Shown here piece by piece: positions 30,672 through 42,605 of a DNA stretch of 64,000 nucleotides. The DNA lies in the IMG/VR virus record IMGVR_UViG_2862799924_000001, positions 7,607 through 71,606 of that record; one strand, 5' to 3'. This stretch comes from a virus. Taxonomy: Duplodnaviria > Caudoviricetes. Both the position numbers and the translations under genes were made by a program. The notes beneath the pieces are model-generated. The model worked only from the letters and a program-made list of their open reading frames with translations. It was not told where the DNA came from and made no database searches. The stretch's first letter is position 1, and each line of letters begins with the position of its first letter.

Positions 30672-31390
30672 AGGTCCTCCAGCAACTTGATCCAGTCCCA
30701 TCTGAAGTACTTCGTACCGCACGGCGCCGCCTCGGGAGTCCCGATGCAGCGCACATCCGTTGACGCATCACCAGCAACGATCAGCGCGCCCCCGCAGTCG
30801 CCGCAGAGGACATCGGCCAGCATCGCCATCGGCGAGTCGTAGCCGAGGATGATCCGCGCCGTGCGGACGCGCTTGCGCAAGTCCTCCTTGATCCCGTAGA
30901 CGAGATCGTCGTGCCCGGCTTCGCCCGCCATCGCACACCAGTCAGGAATGGCCCGCAGCGCACTGAGCACGGTGACGCCCTTCCGCTCGCCATGCCCGGG
31001 ATAGAGCACCGCGCGAAGGGCGTCGTAATAGTCGTGGGCATCGGCTCTAATGGTCAGCAGCAGCGCCAGCGCCTCACCATTCCCAGGCGGATTGGAGTGC
31101 GGCCTGTCAATGGCTCCTATGCCGTCACCGCCCGCCTTCGATACCGGCTCGGTGACAGCTTCCTGCAACTGGACGATCAGGCTGGGCAATTGCAGGGTCC
31201 GGGCCCGCGCCTCGACAGCAGCAGGGCATTCGCATTCATGATGCCTGCGTCTGCCGGGCGGCATAGACGATCTCCGTATCTGGCACAGCGTCACATGCTG
31301 TGTGACCGGCACCTGGTATTCGATCCGCTCCTCCCAGCCGCTGACGAGCTGCCGAACGAGATCGGCGATGAACTCGGGATCACTCGCCAT
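30668..31390 (-). CDS. putative late-gene regulator with C-terminal Zn ribbon
   Basis: LPSLIVQLQEAV, CGDCGGAL...C....C; last early-gene position. Confidence 0.5.
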   Translation of the reverse strand: MASDPEFIADLVRQLVSGWEERIEYQVPVTQHVTLCQIRRSSMPPGRRRHHECECPAAVEARARTLQLPSLIVQLQEAVTEPVSKAGGDGIGAIDRPHSNPPGNGEALALLLTIRADAHDYYDALRAVLYPGHGERKGVTVLSALRAIPDWCAMAGEAGHDDLVYGIKEDLRKRVRTARIILGYDSPMAMLADVLCGDCGGALIVAGDASTDVRCIGTPEAAPCGTKYFRWDWIKLLEDL

Positions 31391-31769
31391 CAATGCCGCC
31401 CGAGTAGCCGTGCGGCTTGCTGGCGCCGTGCTGGCAGTCGCAGCCGGGGCGGGCGGCATGGCCCTGCTCGGGGAACTCCCGTGCGGCGACGGGGCGGTCG
31501 GCGGCCCATGTGCAGTGCTCGCAGATCATGAGCGCCTGCCGATACCGAGCCTCGCCAGCCGGGTGAGGCGGCGAGCCTCCGCCTCGAACGCCCTGGGCTC
31601 GTGGAACGGGCACTCAGTGACCGCCACCTTCACCTGTGCCGGATGCCGTGAGGAGTGCAGCAGTTCGATCAGTTTCCAGAAGTCCAGCACGGTTCCTCTT
31701 CCTGATCATGAAGGAGCGGCCCCTGAAGGCCGCTGAAGGGTTCAGGGTCGCCGGGGCCCGTCACGCGGC

Positions 31770-32312
31770 CTACAGGCCGTCAGAAGCGCACACAGGCACG
31801 CGCACGGGGCACACGTCGTGAACGGCCCAGTGGTAGCTGTCGTGGTCGATGGCCATGTACGGCTCGCCGCCCTCGATGAGGCGGCGGCAGGTCCGGCAGC
31901 GGTGCGGCCAGCTCCTGGAAGGGCGGGGCGTCACAGCGCTCGCAGGACCCGCCTGAGGCATCGCGGAGGCACAGGGCGGGTCCGGGCGCCCGATAGCGGT
32001 CACACGGGCCCGGGGAGCGTCCACGGCCACCTCGGTGACGCCCATGGCGTCCTGGCCGCGTGCGCCGCACGCATGCGACGCCACGATGTCGCACGGTGTG
32101 GCCGACACGGCGGCGGTCCGCAGCCGCAGCTTCCAGGGCCGGCCGGACCGGGTGATGACGTCGTACGTCCAGCGGCCCGCGATCAGCGCGGCCCGGTAGC
32201 TCTCCGCGTCCAGCGGGATGGGGTCCGCCGCCGCGGCAAGTCCCGAGACCTGAGCGGCCAGCACGACGCTTCCGCAGCGGTTGCAAGTCGCGATCTTGAT
32301 TTCTGTGTCCAT
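31770..32312 (-). CDS. Cys-rich hypothetical protein
   Basis: CNRCG, CRTCRR, HDVCP motifs. Confidence 0.6.
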   Translation of the reverse strand: MDTEIKIATCNRCGSVVLAAQVSGLAAAADPIPLDAESYRAALIAGRWTYDVITRSGRPWKLRLRTAAVSATPCDIVASHACGARGQDAMGVTEVAVDAPRARVTAIGRPDPPCASAMPQAGPASAVTPRPSRSWPHRCRTCRRLIEGGEPYMAIDHDSYHWAVHDVCPVRVPVCASDGL

Positions 32313-32364
32313 GAGGCTTCGCGTAGCCGTAGCAAGATCCTTTCTCTTTTGATCTTCGCAACGT

Positions 32365-32675
32365 GTCCGGAACCGGTCCGTGGCCCCCGTCCTTATAGGA
32401 CGGACGGGGGAGGACCACTAGAGACCAGTCCTGACCTGGGCAAACGTCCGGAGTGGTCCGGGACCACTAAAAGACCGGTCCTGAGCGGTCCGGGACCGGT
32501 CCGGGGACCACTCGAAAAATGTACTGATAAGGGCTCTGACCTGGTCGTATACAAAAATCCGGCCCTCACTGGCCGGTGAGGTGGTCCTGGACGAACACGG
32601 ACCGGTCCTCTGTACAGTGGTCCTCGATCTTGGTCCCCTCGTAGGGGACCGGTCCCGGACCATGGGCGGTCCGAG
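32365..32675. repeat. GGWCC / GGACCACT iteron-like cluster, putative replication origin
   Basis: About 18 GGACC/GGTCC copies in about 300 bp, in both orientations, at the helicase 3' end. Confidence 0.65.
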
Positions 32676-33948
32676 TTCCCGCCTTCGACGCCACGAGATG
32701 GCCCTGCGCAGTCAGCCACTCGATCGTCCACAGAATCCGGTCCGTCGCGCCCGTGACGCCCTGGCGGATCGCCCGCGCACTGCACCCCGGATTGCCCGCC
32801 ACAAACCCCGTGACGGCCTCGCACAGCTTCTGCGGCGGTGCGTCCTCAAAGCCCCGCGCCTCCGCATCGTCGTGGGGCCAGGCAGGCCAGACGTTCGCGG
32901 TCGGCGCCGCCTTGCCCTCGAAGTCGATGACCATGTCCGCGAACCACTGGGGGCGCGGTCCGGGGACCGCGTGGGCGCGCACCCACGCCCCGCGGTCCTT
33001 CTCGACTCTCAGGCGGCTCTTGCCCTTCATGTTCTTGCCGATGGGCTTGATCAGCTCCAGGAGGTAGCTGACCCCGGTGAGCGCGGACCGCTTGTGCTGG
33101 CTGCCGATGGCCCGTTTCTCGCCGTGCGGTACGTGATCGAGGACCACCACAGCCCAGTCGGCAGCAGCGAAAGGTTTCGTCACCTTCGCGTGCCACGCCG
33201 CGACGTCGTTCTCCAGCCGGCCGTCCAGTCCCTCGTGGGACATGGCCTCGGTCATGCCGTCAAACACCGCCAGTGAGCCCCGCACTTCGATCAGCTCTTG
33301 CAGCCCCTCCTCGTCCGCGGCCGTGAGCGGCCCGGTGGGATTGCGGTAGTGGAAGAAGGCCATCACGTCCTCACGTCTGGCTCCGAGCAGCTTCAGGCGC
33401 CGCACGATCGAGGTCGCGTCGTCCTCGAAGTCGATGTAGGCGACGTGGTGGTGAGAGGTGATCTCCTGGACGGCCACGAGGCAGGACAGCCACGATTTGC
33501 CCGCCTCGGATTCGGCGTGGACGCCGTTCAGCTTCCCCCGGTAGAACAGCCCGATGGGCATGTCCCCCGAGAGGTAGCCGACTTCCGTACGGGTTTCGTC
33601 TTCTGCGGCATCCCATGCCGCCGCGATGTCAATGGGCGCCCAGGCACGGGGCATTGCTTCCCGCTGCCGCGCCGCATCGATTTCCGCGCCTTCGCGGCGC
33701 TGCTGGAGTACGTCAGCCCATTCGGCGGCTCCTTTCCTGCGGCGCCCCTCTTCGTCCTGCCGGATTTCCTCACGCCGCCGCTGGACGACTCCGAGGAATT
33801 CCGGCAGCAGTGGCGGGGGTATCTGCGGTTCGACCAGCCGGACCTGGTCGTCAAGGCCGAGCGTGGCTGCGTAGTCGGCGAGCGTATAGAGGATCAAAGG
33901 GAAGGCGGGCGCGTGGCCGTCCTGATCCGCTGTCTCCGTCACGGCCAC
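32566..33948 (-). CDS. RecA-type replicative helicase (AAA_25/RepA-like) with C-terminal wHTH
   Basis: Walker A variant HAESEAGKSW, YIDFED, Walker B AVFDG, VLDH, IGSQHK, EKDRG. Confidence 0.85.
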   Translation of the reverse strand: MAVTETADQDGHAPAFPLILYTLADYAATLGLDDQVRLVEPQIPPPLLPEFLGVVQRRREEIRQDEEGRRRKGAAEWADVLQQRREGAEIDAARQREAMPRAWAPIDIAAAWDAAEDETRTEVGYLSGDMPIGLFYRGKLNGVHAESEAGKSWLSCLVAVQEITSHHHVAYIDFEDDATSIVRRLKLLGARREDVMAFFHYRNPTGPLTAADEEGLQELIEVRGSLAVFDGMTEAMSHEGLDGRLENDVAAWHAKVTKPFAAADWAVVVLDHVPHGEKRAIGSQHKRSALTGVSYLLELIKPIGKNMKGKSRLRVEKDRGAWVRAHAVPGPRPQWFADMVIDFEGKAAPTANVWPAWPHDDAEARGFEDAPPQKLCEAVTGFVAGNPGCSARAIRQGVTGATDRILWTIEWLTAQGHLVASKAGTRTAHGPGPVPYEGTKIEDHCTEDRSVFVQDHLTGQ

Positions 33949-34001
33949 GCGCCTTTCCTGTTGTTGCTGTCACCGGGTGCTGCGATCAATGACGGGTGGT
34001 C

Positions 34002-34613
34002 TCATGCCGCTTCTTCCAGTAGAGGACGTACGTCGTCAGCGGTGATGATCCGGGCTTTCCACAGGACGCTCACGGCATGCGGCTCGCTGAATGCGTACAG
34101 GTCATCCAGCATGCGCTCGTAGGCGGCGCCGTGGCCCCGGGGCGCCCGCTCGCCCCTGAGCAGCCGCAGCAGAGAACGCGCGTGATTGCGCGTCGTGTTG
34201 TTGCGCGGCGGCAGCGGCTGCCCCCTCACCGGGCTGATGTCGCCCGTGGCCAGGGCAACCGCGACCGCCGCCGCGGTGCTGGCGACCCCGTAGCGGCGGC
34301 GCAGCCGCACCAGGCAGCCGTGGACGGCGTCGCGGGTGAGGGCCAGTTGCTCAGCTGCCTCGTCGGCCGTCTCGCCGTCGGCGACGGCCTGGAGGATGCC
34401 CAAACCGCCGCCGCGCCGGGGCCGCCGCACTACCGGCGCAAGCTCCAACGCCGCTTTTCGCTCGCGCCGCCTGTGCTCCTGGCTCCTGCGGTGGCTGCAC
34501 GGCAGGCAGTAGCGCGTCGTGTGGCCGCACTTGCGCTTGTAGAACCCGACGTTGGCAGGGTCGGTGAGGTCGTGCAGGCCTGCCCCGCACACGCTGCGCC
34601 TAGCCGGGGGCAT
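34002..34613 (-). CDS. Zn-finger plus LuxR-like HTH protein
   Basis: CGAGLH...YCLPC; ILQAVADGETADEAAEQLALTRDAVHG. Confidence 0.65.
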   Translation of the reverse strand: MPPARRSVCGAGLHDLTDPANVGFYKRKCGHTTRYCLPCSHRRSQEHRRRERKAALELAPVVRRPRRGGGLGILQAVADGETADEAAEQLALTRDAVHGCLVRLRRRYGVASTAAAVAVALATGDISPVRGQPLPPRNNTTRNHARSLLRLLRGERAPRGHGAAYERMLDDLYAFSEPHAVSVLWKARIITADDVRPLLEEAA

Positions 34614-37205
34614 GGCCCTGAGCCTGACGCGGTATGGCGCCCCGGGCCGCGGTTTCGCCGGGGGCTGCCGTGAAGGAGCCGGGGCAGCGAGTGCGCACGG
34701 CACTCTGCGAGAACAGACGCATCTCGTGTCCGGCGAAGCACGGCCCCCGCCGGGAGACGACGACATCGGGCTGTGCGCCGCAGCGCGGGCAGCGGGTCAT
34801 GAGCCTCCTCCCCATACCGGCCGGACCCAGAGGTAGCTGCCGGTGCCTGATTCGCCCGTCCATCTGCGGCCGCAGGAGCAGCGGTGCGTACCGTCGCATC
34901 CCCTGCGGTGGCAGATGCAGCTGATGTCCGTGGCGTCGCATGCCCCGCCAGGGGACGTCTCCACGGGCATGAAATCCACCTGCGCGAAGGCGCCGCGTCC
35001 TGCTTCGTCGAACTCGCTGAGGCTGTGGCCCGCCTCTTTGCCCGGCGCGACCCATGACCAGTCGCCGCTGTCGTCCGCCGGGGCGCCCGGCGCGGACTGG
35101 CCGCCCCGGCACGGGATCAGCTTGTACCCCTGTTTCACGCCCACGGTGAAGTGCTCCCGCAAAACAAGATCCCCCTGGCTGTCCTTCACCAGGGGGATCT
35201 CCTTGCGGCAGCGCGGGCAGGCGCCCGCTGCTGGATCTTTACTCTTCATCGCCTTCCTCCTCGTCGTCTCCGGGTGCCTGCACCGGCTGGCCGCTCTCGT
35301 CGTAGACGATCGCGGTCTTCGTCTTGGGGTCGGTGACGGGCTCCCATTCGTCCCCGAGTCCGAGCGAGTGGTCGCGCCCCCATCCGCTGCACTGCGCGCA
35401 GATGCCGGGGACGCCCTCCTCGTAGGCGAGATCGAGGATCTTCTCCGGGTCGGTGGAATCCGTCTCGACGGTGACCGTCGCGGACGCGTAGCCGCTGAGC
35501 GGCACGGTGTACTTAGTCATCGCTCTTCTCCTTCTGGGTGTGCGGCCTGGCGTCGCGGATGTGCCACGTCTGGTGGATGTCGCACCCGTCGCTGCCGTCA
35601 CAGGTCTCTGCGACCAGCCCCAGCCCCGCCGCTTCGTCAGCCGTGATGACCCGCCGTTCCATCGGCTGGTAGGGCGAGGCGTCTGCCGGTGCGGCGGGGT
35701 GGCGCAGGCACCACCAGATGTCGCGCCAGAAGGCGGTGATCGCTTTCACGGCCGCTCCTCTCGGTCTGTCGCCTGGACGCGCCAGGCGACCGGGTCGTGC
35801 TTGGCGTCGCGGTGCGGCATGACGATCTGGCTGCCGTGCAGGCCGTAGCCGATGACTGTGCCCGGGGGCAGGTGCGGGTTTCCGGGAGATATCCCGGAGG
35901 GGCAGCCCGCGCAGCCGTCGCCTTCGTGGCGGCCGTGCTCGCAGCGGTCAAGGTCGGCGAGTACCCGGGCCATCTCGTCAGCCCGGCGGCCGTCCGGACC
36001 GGTGACGGTGCCCTGCTCGGTTCGCGTCAGGGTGTGTTCGATGCCCGCGATGGCTGCGGTGACCTTGGCGTGGAGCGGTGAAAAGAACACGTCGGTGGCG
36101 CAGTGAAGGGCGGCGTTCATGTGGGCATGGGCGGACAGGTGGGACTGTGCATCGACCAGGGCGTGGCGGGCTTTCTCCAGCTCCCGCCGCAGGTCTGTGA
36201 TCGCGGACTCGCTCATCCCCGCCCCCCTTCGATCCTCAGCGCCACGTCTTCGAGCACCGCGTTCAGGTACCGCTCCGCTCCATCGACGGGCTCGCGCACC
36301 TTCGCGGCGCGGACGAAGGCGGCGCTGGCGGCGCCAAGGTCACTCGCCAGGTGTTCGGCGAGGTGTTGCCGCGCCTGCGCCCGCCGCAGCACATCCCAGT
36401 GGGCGGCCTTGTTGAAGCTGACCAACGAGTCGTAGATGCGCTCCTGAAACCGATGCCGCGCGCTCATTCCTCACCCCTCTCGACCTTGATCGCGGCCCGT
36501 TCCAGGGCGCGGTTGACCCGTTCGTCGCTGTAGCTGACGACCGTCCTCAGCCGCCTGCCGCGTACGGTCTCGGCTGCCTCGCGGCGCACTTCGTCGCGGT
36601 AGGCGTCGATCAGCTGGGCGATGTCATGCATTGACCAGTCCCAGGGCTTCAGCCAGATGAGCCTGTCGCGTGCGCTGGGCTCAGGCGTCGTGCCTCCCGC
36701 CGGTGGCCTGCCCGAGCCGGGGCACTTGACGCCCCAGTTGTGATCCTGGAGCACGCCCTCCTTGGTGACAGGGGTGGACGGGTGCGTGCACTCGCTGCAC
36801 GCACCCGTCTCCGACGGCGGCCGACGGGAGCCGGGGCACTGTTCGGGCCGGTCGTGGGAGTAGAGGACTCCCTGCTTGGTGACACGGATGCCGCCAGGGT
36901 GTGCGCACTCGGTGCACGGGAAAAGGGCGGGCGTCTGCTCAGGCATCGCGCCTCTCCCCCACGAACCGGGCGTACAGGAGCGCCTTGCCGTTGGCGGTGC
37001 GTGCCAGCGCCTCGAAGGCGCCCGCGGGCTGGTAGACAGCGGTGATGCCCCGCTTGATACGGTACGCGGCGGTGCTGGCGGTGCCGATACGGGCGTGCTC
37101 CGCGATCACGGCCCACTCGCCGGGCCTCGCCTTCAGGCCCTCAGCGATGACGCGGTGGTCCACACCCGTGCCCTGGCGCTGCCGCGGCGGGTCTTCGAAT
37201 CTCAT
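34600..37205 (-). CDS. run of eight small translationally coupled hypothetical genes (34600-34800, 34797-35249, 35239-35520, 35513-35749, 35746-36216, 36213-36467, 36464-36946, 36939-37205)
   Basis: Overlapping ATGA/GTGA junctions; several CxxC...H...CPGS Zn motifs. Confidence 0.6.
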
Positions 37206-37612
37206 CAGGCTGCCTTTCCGAAGATCTTGTCCAGTTCGGCGCCGACGTCAATGCCGTCCAGCTCGCAGCCGAGCGGCACCATCGCGTAGGACAGGGTGAG
37301 GAACGCCTCGATCTGCCCGGCCTCCGCGTGCAGGTGCGCTTCCCCTTCGGGGCTGCACAGCCGGATATGGATACCGCCGTCGCACGGCCAGACGGTGACG
37401 TCGCCGCGTCCGGCGCCCGCGGGGGTGGTAATGCCGTCGGCGAGCGTGTCGCGGGCCAGGGTCCACTCGATGCGCTCGCCGGTGCTCGTGGCGCCGATGT
37501 CGAGCATCACCGCGTAAGGGTCTTCGGGGTCGTAGTGCAGGTACGAGGCGTCCAGCTCGTGCACGCGGCTGTCGTCCAGGATGTGTTCGAGGTTGATGGG
37601 TACGGTTATCAC
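37205..37612 (-). CDS. SsgA-family (SALP) sporulation cell-division regulator
   Basis: LHYDPEDPYAVML, WTLARDTLADG, GRGDVTVWP, LCSPEGEA, FLTLSYAMVPLGCE. Confidence 0.92.
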   Translation of the reverse strand: MITVPINLEHILDDSRVHELDASYLHYDPEDPYAVMLDIGATSTGERIEWTLARDTLADGITTPAGAGRGDVTVWPCDGGIHIRLCSPEGEAHLHAEAGQIEAFLTLSYAMVPLGCELDGIDVGAELDKIFGKAA

Positions 37613-38866
37613 TGCTCCCCCTCGGGGATGCGGACGCCCCCACCGGGGACGGGAATGTGTTCGGTGGGGGCGTCGTCGATGTTCGGATCAAGTCCCGTCA
37701 CCGGGACGTCGGTTGCTTCGCGCGGACCGCGGGGCACCGCCCGCTGCCACAGGCTGCGGTGCTCACCGCGGCGCCGGCCGGTGGGGCGCAGCGCGGACAC
37801 GGTGTAGCCCGCCGCTCCCCCGGTGGCGCCGCACACCGCGACGGCGAGCCAGTCGTTCACGGGCAGATGCAGGGGTAGACGCGGTGGCAGTTCGGGCACG
37901 TCGGGACATTGCCGCTGCGCTCCTGCACCGCCACCAGGGCCATGAGGTGCGAGGCACCTTCACCGGACACCTGGTGCCTGCGCACGACGTGGTCCCACAG
38001 CTCGGAGAAGGACGTGTCTTCGTCGCCCGGCGCCACCCACGCTTCGTGAGTGCACGCCGCGACCGGGCAGGGCATGGTGCGGTCGCTCATAGGCCGTTGT
38101 CCTCCGCTTCGTCACAGCAGTCGCCGCACGAGGCGGCATCGTCGTCGTCGATGTAGCCCGCTTCGTCGCCGTAGTCGATGTTGGTTCCGCAGCGTTCACA
38201 GTCGGAGCCGTACGTGGCCCAGAAACGGCGGACGCCCCCGGGCGGCTGCGCGGGGGCGTCGGGGCGGATGAAGGGACTGGTCATCGCTCACCCCGGAGGT
38301 AGGTCTCGAAGCGGCGGGCGATGTTGAGGACTTCGGACGGCGAGATCTCCATGTCGAGGCTGACCGCCGCCTCCAGCGCCACCGTCCTGATCAGCTGATC
38401 CGCGCTCAGCTGCGCGGCGCTCACCCCGCAGATGCACGGTGCGGTGCCGCCCGGTCCGGACAGGCCGTAGTCGCAGGGCGTTGCGTGGGTGCGGGACCTC
38501 ATGACGGCATCGCCTCCGGAACATCCTCGCCGTGCTCTTCCAGCTCGCGCGCCGCGGCAGCCAGCTCGTGGCGGGCGGCCGGTGAACCGGTGATCTGGTC
38601 TCTGTGCCTGGCCGCGAGGTAGCGGGCCAGGCGGTCTTCGCGCTCGGTCATGACCGGGTCCCCTCGCCCGCCGTGTACGTGTAGGTCCGGCGCTGGTTGA
38701 TCTGCTGCGCCATCTCTTCGGCGCACTCCTCGGCCCTCCGCCGCGCCGCCTCCTCGGATTCCGCCCGCCCGCTGGTCGAGGGGCCGTCCTCCCCCTTCCG
38801 CTCCACGCTCCAGGCCCACCGCCCCGAGGCGGGACGGACCGGGGCGATCGTGATCGTGAACTCCAT
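37609..38866 (-). CDS. run of small hypothetical genes (including 37857-38090, 38087-38284, 38281-38502, 38499-38651, 38648-38866)
   Basis: Coupled ORFs with RBS. Confidence 0.5.
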
Positions 38867-38868
38867 GG

Positions 38869-39786
38869 TCACTTCCTCACGTAGCAGGTAGCCCAGCTGA
38901 CTTCGAGCGTCGCCTTCGCGCCGGGCGCCGCGTAGCCGCCGCCGGTGCGGCTGCGGTCCCGTTCGATCCGCGACTCGTTCTGCCAGATCCACGAGCTGGT
39001 CGTCAGCGACGTGGCGCCGGTGCGCAGCTTCTTGCCCTCCAGGTAGACGCTGACCGTGTCGCCGCGCCGCTCCCATGTGTAGGTGTGCGCCGTGGTCATG
39101 TACGCGGAGGTCTGGACGTTCCACTCGCTGCCGCTGCCGTGGCTGAACGCGGCCACGTTGGTACCCCGGTAGTCGTCGACCTCCGGGTAGTCCAGCTCTG
39201 CGCTGCTGCCCTCGTAGCGCAGCCACGCGGACTTGAACCCGGGGTTGGCGCGGGTGACCTTGATGCGGGCGCTGTACCTTCCGTCGCGCAGGTCCATGCA
39301 GCGCCGGGGCACGACGGTGCCGACCACGTTGTCGCCGCCGCTCGCGGGCCGGTACATGGAGACCTTCAGCGTGCCGGTGCCGTCGTATCCCTTGCCGACC
39401 GAGACGGTCTTCTGCGGCTCGTACGTCCCGCCGTACGGGGCGCCCGTGTTGCCGTCGGCGCCGGACTTCGCGGTGTCCTCCCACCCGGACGGGTAGGCCC
39501 ACAGTGTGTCGCGCCACTTGCCCGTGAGCCCGGAGCAGTAGGCGCGCGGGGTGTCGACGTGATTGTTGCAGCCGCTGAACGAGCCGACCGGGACGGGCGC
39601 GGTGACCGCGCTGTTGAAGTTCTCCGCCCACGCCTGCTTCCACCCCGGCAGGTCGCCCTTGGGCATGGCGTTGGGCGACGGTGCGCCTTCCGCGCCGGGG
39701 GCAAGAAGAAGGGCCGCCATCAAGGCGGCCCCGGAGGTGGTGATGATCAGCGCCTTGCGGCGCCTGCGTTGCTTGTGCTCAGGCAT
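38869..39786 (-). CDS. secreted glycoside hydrolase family 16-like protein
   Basis: Signal peptide; GWKQAWAENF, GRYSARIK, GFKSAWL, catalytic-type ELDYPE, HTYTWE. Confidence 0.7.
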   Translation of the reverse strand: MPEHKQRRRRKALIITTSGAALMAALLLAPGAEGAPSPNAMPKGDLPGWKQAWAENFNSAVTAPVPVGSFSGCNNHVDTPRAYCSGLTGKWRDTLWAYPSGWEDTAKSGADGNTGAPYGGTYEPQKTVSVGKGYDGTGTLKVSMYRPASGGDNVVGTVVPRRCMDLRDGRYSARIKVTRANPGFKSAWLRYEGSSAELDYPEVDDYRGTNVAAFSHGSGSEWNVQTSAYMTTAHTYTWERRGDTVSVYLEGKKLRTGATSLTTSSWIWQNESRIERDRSRTGGGYAAPGAKATLEVSWATCYVRK

Positions 39787-41956
39787 GAGGGTCCTGTTCG
39801 TCCAGTGCGGCGTTGATCCGGATCACGGCCTCGTGCTGCATGGCTGCGCGTTGTGTGTCCGGCTCGGTGCGCATCTCTGTGTCGATCGCGTCGGCTACCG
39901 CTCGGACGCGGGCGCTCTCTTCGGCGTACCTCTCGTTCACACGGAGCAATTCGATGCGCCGTGCCTCGATCTGTCCGTTCGCGCTCTCCAGCTCGGCATC
40001 CGCGAGCGCCATCACGGCGTGGGCGGCGGCGTCGTACTCGGGTCCCCACGGCCCGTACGGAGCTACGGCGTGGCGGACGGCTTCCAGGTAGCAGCCGAGA
40101 CGTTCGGCGTCCCTCACCGCTCCTCCTCGTCCTTGAACGCGTCGGCCAGCGAGCACACGGCGGTGGTCACGGCGGCTGCGGTGCCGGTGACGACGCCGTG
40201 CACGATCACCTCGCCTTCCGCGTCGTCCCGCTGGACGTTGAGCGTCGCCGTGTAGCGGGGCAGGGTCACGGGGTCCATGGTTTTCAGCTCCTGAGCGACC
40301 GACTCCTGGGGGCGGCAGGCATCGTGCACGCACCGGTCCCCCAAGCGCATGTGCGGCTTCCGGCAGTAGTAGGTAGTCATCACGGCGCCCGGTCGGCGAT
40401 CAGGTCCACCGGCCCGCCGCCGCACCGGACCTCTGTCGTCTTCTCTGCCCAGCGCGAACGCGGCGCCGTGTCAGGAACGACCGCGCGCAGGTGCGGGGTG
40501 ACGAGGCCGACGTGCAGTGCGCGCCACGGCCCGTAATTGCGCTGGACTTCCCCGCACCCGGGGCAGTAGGCCCGGCGCCAGTCGGCGCGTGCTGGTTCGG
40601 GCGGGGCGACGGGCAGACGGCGCTTGCGCTTGACTTGCGTGTTCACGCCGCAGCGCCACCCTCCACGATCAGCTCATCGAGCCGGGTCAGGGCGCCGCCG
40701 TTGTCCGTGTCGAAGAGGGCGCACTGTTCGTTGTCGAGACCCAGGACACGCTGCGCATAGTCATCAATCGTTTCAGCCCCGCTGTTCACGGTGTCCGCGC
40801 GCGCCCCGCCCTCGTATTGGTCGGTCCAGTGGTCGCTCCAGTCGAGCCTGGCCCCACTGAGAACGGCCGCCCATCCGGCGATGCAGTACGTAGTGCCGCA
40901 TGAGGTGCGCCTTGCCCAGTGGGCCTGGTCGTGCTGCTCCGGGTGTTCCCGGATCTTGTCTCGGATCTTGATCAGCAGGTCAGTGTTGATCGGCATGTGG
41001 TTCCTCCTTGTGCCGGTGGCATTGCTTCGGGGGTGCGCCCTCGCGGGCGAGGCCGCATACGCAAGCGGGCCCCGGGGCGACTTCCCTTGCCCAGAGGCCC
41101 GCTGACCATCTCGCTATGTCCGCCCGGATCTTGGCGACCTTCTCGTCACTGATCTGCTGGGCTGTCTCGCGCTTGCCCTTAGCCACTGCTCACTGGCCTG
41201 TCTCGGCAAGTTCGATCAGTCGCTTGTAGTCACGGGCGAGGCATTGCAGGCGCTGCCGGTCGCGATAGCGGCGCGAGGCGGTCCCCGTGCTCTCGCCCGG
41301 ATAGCCGATGTCGAGCCGGGCGGCCTTGACCTCCAGCTCGGCCACCCGCATGCGCAGTTCGGCGATGGTCACTGCCATGAACGCCATGGCTCACCGCTCC
41401 ATCGGTGCGGATCCGGGCAGCTCGACAGCTGCCTTGCAGCCGGGGCAGACCCGCCCTTCGGCGTTCATGTCGGCGATCGAGCGCAGGGCGTAGGTGTGGC
41501 CGCAGGCGGTGATGAGCTGCATGACGGAGCAGCTGCTGCGCCAAACACGGGCGAGGTGGGTGAGGTGTCCGCGCACGAGGCGGACACGGTGCGGGTAGCC
41601 GTTCACCGGACGATCCCCAACTGCTGCTCCAGCTCCTTGATGCGGGCCAGCGCTGCCGCCTTCTCCTGCCGGATCTCGTGCATGGAAGGCGGCGGGCTCG
41701 CGGTGACGAAGCACCACACCGCGGATCCGGCCAGGGTCAGCGGCCAGACGAAGGCAAAGAACGTCGCCTTAAGGACGGCATCGGCCTGGCATTGCCGCGT
41801 CCAGGCGGTGACGGGGTCCTTGTACCTGGGCCCGTTGTCGTGAAAGTTGCACTGCGCCGCGAGTGCGTCGATGCCGCGCCGCCGGGCGCGGCCGTACAGG
41901 ATGCGGGACGCGAGCAGCATGGCGGCCAGGTAGGTGGTGACGATGAGAACGGTCAT
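39779..41956 (-). CDS. run of small hypothetical genes (39779-40117, 40114-40380, 40643-40996, 40980-41186, 41190-41387, 41603-41956 and others)
   Basis: Coupled ORFs; 40643-40996 has CGTTYCIAGWA; 41603-41956 has two TM segments. Confidence 0.55.
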
Positions 41957-42254
41957 GGCGGGTTCCTGAATGCGAGGCGCCCCGCTGCCGGTGGCAACGG
42001 GGCGCGGGTGCGGGTGGGCTGGGTCAGAGGCGGGCGATCACTGACGCCGCCTGGTGGTCCGAGGCGTGGCCGTGTTCTCCAGCCCAGTCAGCGACATCCA
42101 GCGGCCACCGCTTGTCGACGTAACCGATGACGATGACGGCACCCTCTTGCCGAACGGTGTGGACGGTGTCGCCGGGGCGGGTCGCTTCGCCGAGGACGGC
42201 GGCCGCGTGAGTCTCGTCCAGGCAGACGAGCCGGGTTTCAGGCATTGCCGATCA

Positions 42255-42605
42255 TTACTCCTTCTCTCGCTGGTAGTCGCGCCACATCGAGCGCAGCACG
42301 AGGACGCAGATCGTCAGCGCGACTGCGGCGAGGCCGATGCACACTGCAACGGCGGCGAGGCCGAGCATCAGGAACACCGCAACGGTGCCGAGAATCGCGA
42401 GCGCGATCACGGCCAGGCAGCCGCCCCCGAGGTAGGCGCCCCACGGCCGCGCAACGATCGGCTGCAACGGCGCAACGCCCCCCGGTGCGGGGGCAGCGGG
42501 AGGCGTGCCGTAGAGAGGCTGGCCGTCCGCGTCGGTGCCCAGGTACTGCGGCGCCTGAACCGGGGGTGCGTGGCACTGGTGCCACGGCTGCAACGGGGAG
42601 TGCAT
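42255..42605 (-). CDS. Spd-like membrane protein of the transfer module
   Basis: Pro-rich N-terminus, two TM helices, SMWRDYQ C-terminus. Confidence 0.55.
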   Translation of the reverse strand: MHSPLQPWHQCHAPPVQAPQYLGTDADGQPLYGTPPAAPAPGGVAPLQPIVARPWGAYLGGGCLAVIALAILGTVAVFLMLGLAAVAVCIGLAAVALTICVLVLRSMWRDYQREKE

